A stretch of 64,000 bases of DNA from Paramecium tetraurelia (Eukaryota), in assembly GCA_000165425.1 (NCBI GenBank), contig CT868651.1:1-64000 (forward strand), read 5' to 3'. The notes under the pieces are model-generated. The model was not told where the DNA came from and searched no databases. It saw only the letters and a list, made by a program, of their open reading frames with translations. The translations under genes and the position numbers were made by a program. Numbering within the stretch: position 1 is the stretch's first letter; each line of letters starts with the position of its first letter. This document shows positions 56,932 through 64,000 of this stretch, piece by piece.

Positions 56932-57372
56932 TCACTTTACAAAAATGTATGCAATTATGGAAAGAGTGGAGAGCGAAATAAATTGTTCACCCACCTTTAT
57001 AACAAAATAATTCCATGTCTTCTATTCCCAAACTACCTTCGATGTGTAGTATTGCACTTAAAAGCTCAAACTAAAAAACACAGCCAAAGTAAGCGCCAAA
57101 ATTAAATCGCGTTCGTCCTATAATTTATTATGAGTCATTACTTTGGACTTTAATACGTTGTAAAAGATTGTTATCAAGCACGCTTACAAGAATCTTCCTG
57201 CCAATTCAAATAATAATGGCCAATTATTTTATTTATTGTTTTCTTTTTCTTTCTCCTGCTTCACATTGGCTTCTTTCATGTATCGTTCTCGAAATACAAC
57301 TGAGTACCACAAGTAACCTATTGTCATTGTAAATAATGTCCCAATTAATATTGACAATAATATTGATACCAT
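56932..57372 (-). CDS. Small 4-TM membrane protein, DUF1761-like
   Basis: IGYLWYSVVFRERYM and VVWEQKTWNYFVIKVG motifs; 441-nt frame, with a possible stopless 24-nt intron at ~57118-57141. Confidence 0.7.
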
Positions 57373-57425
57373 GTCGTTTAAATTAATTATTATTTTATAA
57401 ATAGATAAAAATTTAACAGTTAACT

Positions 57426-58330
57426 ATGTACATCACCATGAAAGGAGATTTGGTTGAATTGAATTAAGTAACGTTACCCTCATTATGTTGTAGAGAAATC
57501 TTGTCATTTCCAGAACATAAATTGATAACCACACCAAAGTTTAATATAAATCAGATAAGCTCGTAATTAATGATAAAATTGTGTTGCAAAACTTCAACAA
57601 ACAATTCATTAACCGACTGGATTATGCAATCAAGAATTACGAAATCAGATTATAATAAGCAATCCAACAATTTGTGTGTAATAGGCAAGAAATCCTCAAA
57701 ATTAATTAGACTGATAAAAAATTAGTTACAAGGTATCTTTGGATCAACGACAATTATTCAGAAATCAGATATTCTGATGCTCCTTTGACCAAAAACTTCA
57801 AAAAAAGTACCTCAATACAAATTTTTAGTCCCGCTTAATGAAATCACATTTCAGTACCAACAACTAGATGATAAAGTTATGAAAGCACTCAAAAAATATG
57901 ATCTCTACCCTGAATACCTGTTAACAATCCTACACAAGAAGAAACAGCTATCAGTCGTCTTCCTATCATTCAGAAAATTATGTGCCTTCACATTACTTTG
58001 CAATTGGATTCTCAAATCCAGAGATTTGCCATAAATCCAATTCTCAGCACTCATATTCCTTAAATTAAAATTGTAATATGCAGCTCAACAATAGGGTTTA
58101 ACAATCAAAAAATACTTACTCATTTAGTTAAATAGGATCAGAACATAACTAACCCTTAAAAGTACTCGAATTAGCTTATTCTTTTAGGTTTGAAAGACAA
58201 AAACTCTTAAATATTAGAATCAGGCAAATCATCAGAAAAAAAGCAATGGTCAGTTTAGTTAACCATTAAAAAATCTAAACAGGACAGTTTGGACAAAGAA
58301 AATATTAATAAAAAAATTTAGTTTTCCTGA
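57426..58330 (+). CDS. Hypothetical protein, possible PH-like fold
   Basis: ATG 57426, several tiny introns, RYLWINDNYSEIRYS segment, TGA 58328-58330. Confidence 0.65.
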
Positions 58331-58699
58331 AAAATATTGTTTATTATTCACTTTTATTAAATTTACCATAATATTTTACGAACTCATAAAGACTAATATT
58401 TTATTAAATTGTGAGGATACAATTATTAAGTTAATGGTTCACCCAGAAACTTTGATGTCTAAAACTTTTAAAGTTCTTTTTTCTACACATAATTCTATTT
58501 AATCTTAATTAATAAATGAATTACAAATAACATACAATATTCTAGATAATTATCGATTATCAAACAAAATCGAAATTAATAGGTAAAATTACAAGAATAC
58601 TTATTCCATCTTATTAAATTAAATCAAGGTTTCAGATGAACAAATTAATTAATTGTCAATATAAAAAAAATTTATAATAATTTCGAAATCTTATAAATT

Positions 58700-60217
58700 T
58701 CATTTGAATCCTGATCTGTATCCTGATCCTAACTAACTTGGTAAATTAGCTAATTCAGTTTGTTTAAGAAGAGGTGCTTCATCTACTTGGTTAGCGAATA
58801 CAACAGCTTCACCCAAGCCTATAGTTTAGAAATGAGTAATTACATAAAGACTTGTCAATTCCAACTCTTTCAGTTTCATCATCAATTCTGAGAACTCCGA
58901 ATCCTTTCAATGCCAAGAGAGTTAGTAAAGTAAAGAAAACAACCCAAGCAAAGATTATCAATAATCCTAACAATTGATAACCCAACAATTTGAATCCAAA
59001 TCCATAGAATGCTCCAGCCTTAGTATCAAAAAATCCTGATAAGAAAATTCCGATGAATCCACTACCCTAATTAGTATAAGTGTGTGATATCTTACAAGAT
59101 AGACTGGAATGACTTCAGCTGGATCATCAATATGAGCTGATGGTGTTGCTTTGGCTAAGATACTGTAAAATAATGCTGCCACAAATCCATAGATGAATGC
59201 AGTCCATGGTTTCATATCATCAGCAGCAGCACTGACAGCAACGAGTCCACTGACTACTCCTCTTGACAATGCCACCAAATTCGTGGTTTCATATTAGAAA
59301 TATCTGATAACAAAACTAACAAATCCACCAGTGGCTCCGGCAATCAAAGTATTTACTGCAACTAAACCTTAAGCATATTGGGTTTTAGATCCTTAAGCAA
59401 CAACACCACCATTATAGAATAACCATCCTGCAAACACCAATAATGATCCAAATCCAATATAGAGTGGTGAATGTCTGCTGAATTCTACTGTGGTTCCATT
59501 ATCAAATCTTGTTTTTCTTGGTTTCAAGATAACAGTCAAAATCAATCCTGCTGCTCCTGCTGCGAAAAAGACTACTCCTGCACCTGAGAAATCCTTGAAT
59601 CCCAATGATGACAACCTTTTTAGTATTGATATCAGCATTACCATCCTGCAGCCAAGGTCCAATGAGTCAAACCTGCATATATGAATCCAGAATAGATCAG
59701 TGTTAATACAGACCATCCTAAAAATGTCATTCTCTCTGCAGATGCTCCAGCCAGAATTGCAATTCCAAATGCTGCTCCTGCTGCTCTGAATACTATTGAG
59801 TATATATTTGTAATCAATTACCGAAATTGGTATAATCATTTCCATATTGAGTGGCTTCCCATTTAGAACCTGCTAATTTGGTGCCTCCCAAAAATTTGGT
59901 TTAGAAATCATCTCCAAAAGAAAAACCATAACCAAACTAAATTTAGAAAATCATTATTACCAACCACCAAATTAATATTGTCAAAAATAATCCCAAAAAT
60001 ACTTTTATTACAACTGATTAAGCATTTTTATATCTGACTGATCCTGCTCCGATAAATGCAAATCCAACCTGTGTCAAAATTACGATAAATCCAGATATCA
60101 AGACCCAATCATAGTCTTTTGGCTATGGACTAGGAATGCTTAATGTAGGATCTAACCAAATAGAAATACCATTAAAAACATACCTGCACCTTCATTATGT
60201 CTCAAAAGATGACTCAT
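58700..60217 (-). CDS. Ammonium transporter (Amt/Mep/Rh family), non-canonical
   Basis: QVGFAFIGAGSVRYKN, AGASAER, DFSGAGVV, GWLFYNGG, SGLVAVSA, IDDP motifs; many TM helices; tiny introns. Confidence 0.93.
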
Positions 60218-60338
60218 ATCTTCCGTTATTTAAAATAATATTTCAAATAAATTTATTTACTCTCTATTTATATATTGTATTTATATCTAAATTCGTATTT
60301 TATTTATGTATATAAAACCAAAATAAATATCTACATAG

Positions 60339-62208
60339 TCAATCTAATTTGACCATAGAATATATTTTTTTAACAAAAACATGACTTGCCAAGAAACCCA
60401 CCGTTCCACATATTAATCCCAAACATAGAGATGCCATATACATAGTACCAAAGTAGTATAAAATTGTTGAGAATCTTACTAAATAATTAAAAATACCTAG
60501 TAAATTACAACGAATCCAAGTAATATTAAATTGAATATATAAATAAATATACTCCTGAAGTAAAAGGCACAAAGAAAGCTTTCCACCACCACCTATGATT
60601 TTAGTTTTAAAGCAGAAAATAAACCGTTAAGATTGAAACCTCAGCACTAATAATAATCAACAAAATTGCAGTAAAAAGCAATGAAACAAAGAATTCATAG
60701 TAAGAATTCTTCCAAATGGATTGCATTATTTAACTAATCTCAAGACCAATAGATCTAGGTAGTAAATAACATACTTACATAAAACACACGAATCCTCCAA
60801 TCAAACAGCTATAAAAATAATCCAAGTAAAATGGCTGCTAAGGAATTTCCTAAGCAATTTATCCATATTTACATGGATTTTTAGGTGATTCAGTTTTGAA
60901 TCCAATGAGTGATCCGATTAAATTCAATGGAGTTTGAATACCGAGTTGCAAGGCTATGAATGTAATACCAGATTTAAAGTCTAATCCACTTGAAGCCTCC
61001 TCAAACATTAAGGCAATATTTTCAATTCCAAAAATAAACAAAGCCATAATTGGAAATGCCAAATTGCTTCCCAAAGTACATAACAGCCAATATTCCCCCT
61101 TAAAATACTTGTAAAATTTAGAAGAATAATATCCATTCAAACTACCAGTGAATACATACACAACAATCACTAGAGTAGCTAGATACCCAGTGTGTGCAGA
61201 ATAGATAAATCCTATTGATGAGAGAAAGAAAACGAAAAAAGTCATGATGGTAAATTGAATGCCAGTTCCAATCAGAACACTCAAAAATAGTATGCCAGCT
61301 GGAGGTCTAAACACATCTCGACTGATTTATTTCCATCCCTTTTGATCGATCTAACCGTCACTATCCTCTTGTGGCAACATTTCAAAAGTTAGCACATCTC
61401 TCTTAACAGTGAATCTAATAAACAAAGCAATGAGACAAGTCAAGCCAAAAAATACATATAAGGTTATGCTAAGTGGCATCCACTCTTAATCAGTATTGGT
61501 GACTATATTTAAGTAGGCTGACCATCTATTTGATGAGTTAGTCATTAGATATCTGACTGAATAAGTGACATTCACTATTGAATTGATTGGACAATTGATT
61601 CCTGAATCTATTTCAGAACTATCCATGCACTTGGATTCAAATTCAACTGTTATTGAATTAATGCTAAAGGTCTAATTGATTTCTGATTTAGAGGTGTTGT
61701 AGATTTCAATTTTGAAATTGTAATGATTGTAAAAGGAATACTAATTGACATTTCTAATTCCAAGAGGTACTCCAATGATTGTATTATTCAAAGGATTACT
61801 AGACAGTATTGGTAATTCATCAATTAACATGTTGACTCTATAGTCATGATCAATAAACCATTTCAAATTGTTCTGTTCTGTTTATGTAAAGTGTTTGGTA
61901 CAGAGTATTTCATCAGTGATTTCATAATTCATAAATATCTACGATTATAGTTATGCAATTACTTAATACTTGGACTATTATATTAAAGTGCCTAAGATCA
62001 TGGATCCGATGTTTTAATTCTGATTTTCAGTCGATTCTGGTTTGCAGATATCAAGATCATAATAATCATATGGGAGTTGAGTAGATTCTGAGGTCATCTC
62101 GTTTATTAAGACTGGGATCTATTGACCCTCAAAATAGGTTTTTTGTTGGATGCCTGGCAAGTCGAAAGTATAAATGACGCATATCATAGAAAGCATTAAG
62201 ATGCTCAT
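60339..62208 (-). CDS. Transmembrane 9 superfamily protein (endomembrane protein 70/nonaspanin)
   Basis: Signal peptide + FDLPG, QLPYDYY, GWKQISRDVFRPP, GSLNGYYS, CGTVGFLAS..FVKKIYSMVKLD-TGA. Confidence 0.95.
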
Positions 62209-62302
62209 TTTATTATTTTTATTATATATTAAGTTAATGTCTTCGGTTTAACATTATTTGTTGAGAAAACAAATCACTTTGATTTAGCATCCGAACATCT
62301 TT

Positions 62303-63319
62303 ATGACTCAACACGACATCGATGAATCTTAATTATACAGGGATGGTAAGATTGTGCCTTATTATGTTGTTGGGAAACCTGAGATCATTGATAAGAGATT
62401 GAACAAATCACAACCAATTGAAGAGATTGTTCAACCTCATCGCAAAATCAAGCCAACAACATATAAGGAGTTTAAAAATAAACAATCCCAATAGATGAGT
62501 GTGGAAGAGGAGGCTGATTTTATTCAAATTGACATGGAACCAAGTTAAGTTGAAAATGAAATCCAATAAATTCTTAATAGAAAGACCTAATAACAATACT
62601 TGCATCTCAAAAAATTGAGTAAGGCAGATCAAGTTGCTGCTGTCAAAGAAAGTAGAATCATCAAGCAATTTGAAACTCAACAATAAAAATGGCAACGAAG
62701 AGTAGTCTCCTCAGCCCAACAATGCAATAGACCAACTTCTTAATCTATTTACAATTAAATATAAGTAGAACGAGAAAAAGTGGAAGACAGAAAGCTATTG
62801 GACCTTATACAAACAGATGCAGAAAGATATGGCAATAAATTATGGGTAATAATCAGTTTCATTTTAGGAAAGATAACTTAGATCAAGATCTGATGCTGTA
62901 GAATAACACAAAAAAATCAAGGAGCAAGGACACGAGATCATTAAAAATCCCAATTGTCACGCCATCTACAAGAGACCTAGGAGCATTGCCTAGAGATTTG
63001 AAGAAAGGAAAGAGAAGGTAAATGAAGTTTATAGTGTTGGCCCGTAATTAGATAATCTTTAGGTATGAACTAGACTTAATTAAAGGTAGAGGGAGAGAGT
63101 AAATTAGTGAAGGAGACACAAAGTGTCTAAAAAATGTTGGATGAGCAGAAAATCAAAGAACAGAATGAAAATTGTGGGAAAAGGAAAAATCCAGCTATTT
63201 TCAAGAAAATTATACCTACTGATTAAGTTGGTGGTTCCAATGAAATTATATCACTTAACTATGATAAATAAGTCTTGAGGTAAAAGGGAAAACTCGATAT
63301 TTTTAAACAGTTCTTTTGA
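62303..63319 (+). CDS. Hypothetical protein (weakly reminiscent of MYCBP-associated protein N-terminus)
   Basis: ATG 62303, YYVVGKPE, YGNKLW|ERQLR, two tiny introns, TGA 63317-63319. Confidence 0.75.
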
Positions 63320-63382
63320 TCACATGAACTCTCATTTAATTTTTACTTAACATTTATTGTTTATTATTAATAAATTTAAGAA

Positions 63383-64000
63383 TCACTCCTCTTCCTCTAG
63401 TTCCACTGTTACCACTTCCATTTTCTTCGACCATGGACTTTATTAAAAATCAAACACATTACTTTTCATACAATGTTCCTTTATACTTTTTACCATCTGA
63501 TAATTGTACAAATATTAAATAGGTTTTGCCAGCTATAAATTATTCTTTGACTGATTATATTTCCATTATGGAAGTATTGTCTTCTAAGTCAAACTTGGGT
63601 ATCAATTTTGAGAGCAATAATGTTTAGATTTGAGGGTATTTTGTATTAAATTATTAGGCATCAAGATCGACCCAACCATGATATTTGAAATTGCTTGACT
63701 TTTTGTTATCAACTCTAAGGTTTTTTGATTCCATGCTAGTCACTTTGCGAGTGTTAGTCCATGGTCTTAAATTAAATTACTATGAAAGTCTTACTAATCA
63801 TAAAGTATGATCTCGTATTGAATATACTGGTTAGGGTCGTCTTTTTTTTAATAGTCAACGACCATTTTGTAGTTGATTCCTGAAACTATTTGCTATTAAA
63901 CGCTTTCTATTTTCCAAAGGAAGTATTCTGGGCCAGCTTCATCATCTAGGATTTCGTTGATGTGGGTGAAAATTTCATTATTCTGACTCATAAATTCCTT
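63383..64000 (-). CDS. Tandem cystatin-domain protein (3' part; runs off the window)
   Basis: Domain A QQIVSGINY...Q|PW; domain B GW...EQFIAGKTY...N|PW; TGA 63383-63385. Confidence 0.82.

Overview
AT-rich eukaryotic DNA from a ciliate macronuclear genome, most likely Paramecium. TAA/TAG read as Gln, TGA is the only stop, introns are tiny (about 20-30 nt, GT..AG) and intergenic spacers are very short. The supplied ORF track uses the wrong genetic code and is largely misleading, so genes were rebuilt by hand with the ciliate code and splicing. The window opens with a 9.7-kb gene for a giant cysteine-rich, REJ/GPS-like membrane protein carrying several +1 frameshifts. The 11-42 kb zone mixes intact genes with decayed pseudogenes. 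Intact genes there include a CAMK kinase, TLDc, PHD, RING, two HTH genes, BAH-PHD, TPR and a Nab2-like protein; pseudogenes include vWA and phospholipase B-like. The 42-64 kb zone is dense and mostly intact: a kinase, GSK3, HP1-like, FAM166-like, CDC5L head-to-head with PRP28, DUF1761-like, Amt, TM9SF and a tandem cystatin. Most notable: an Amt-family protein lacking nearly all ammonium-binding and twin-His residues, candidate histone-mark readers, a polycystin-like giant receptor and a TA-bounded IES-like inverted repeat. No rRNA, tRNA, CRISPR or telomere tract was seen. All family calls are by motif recognition, not database search.
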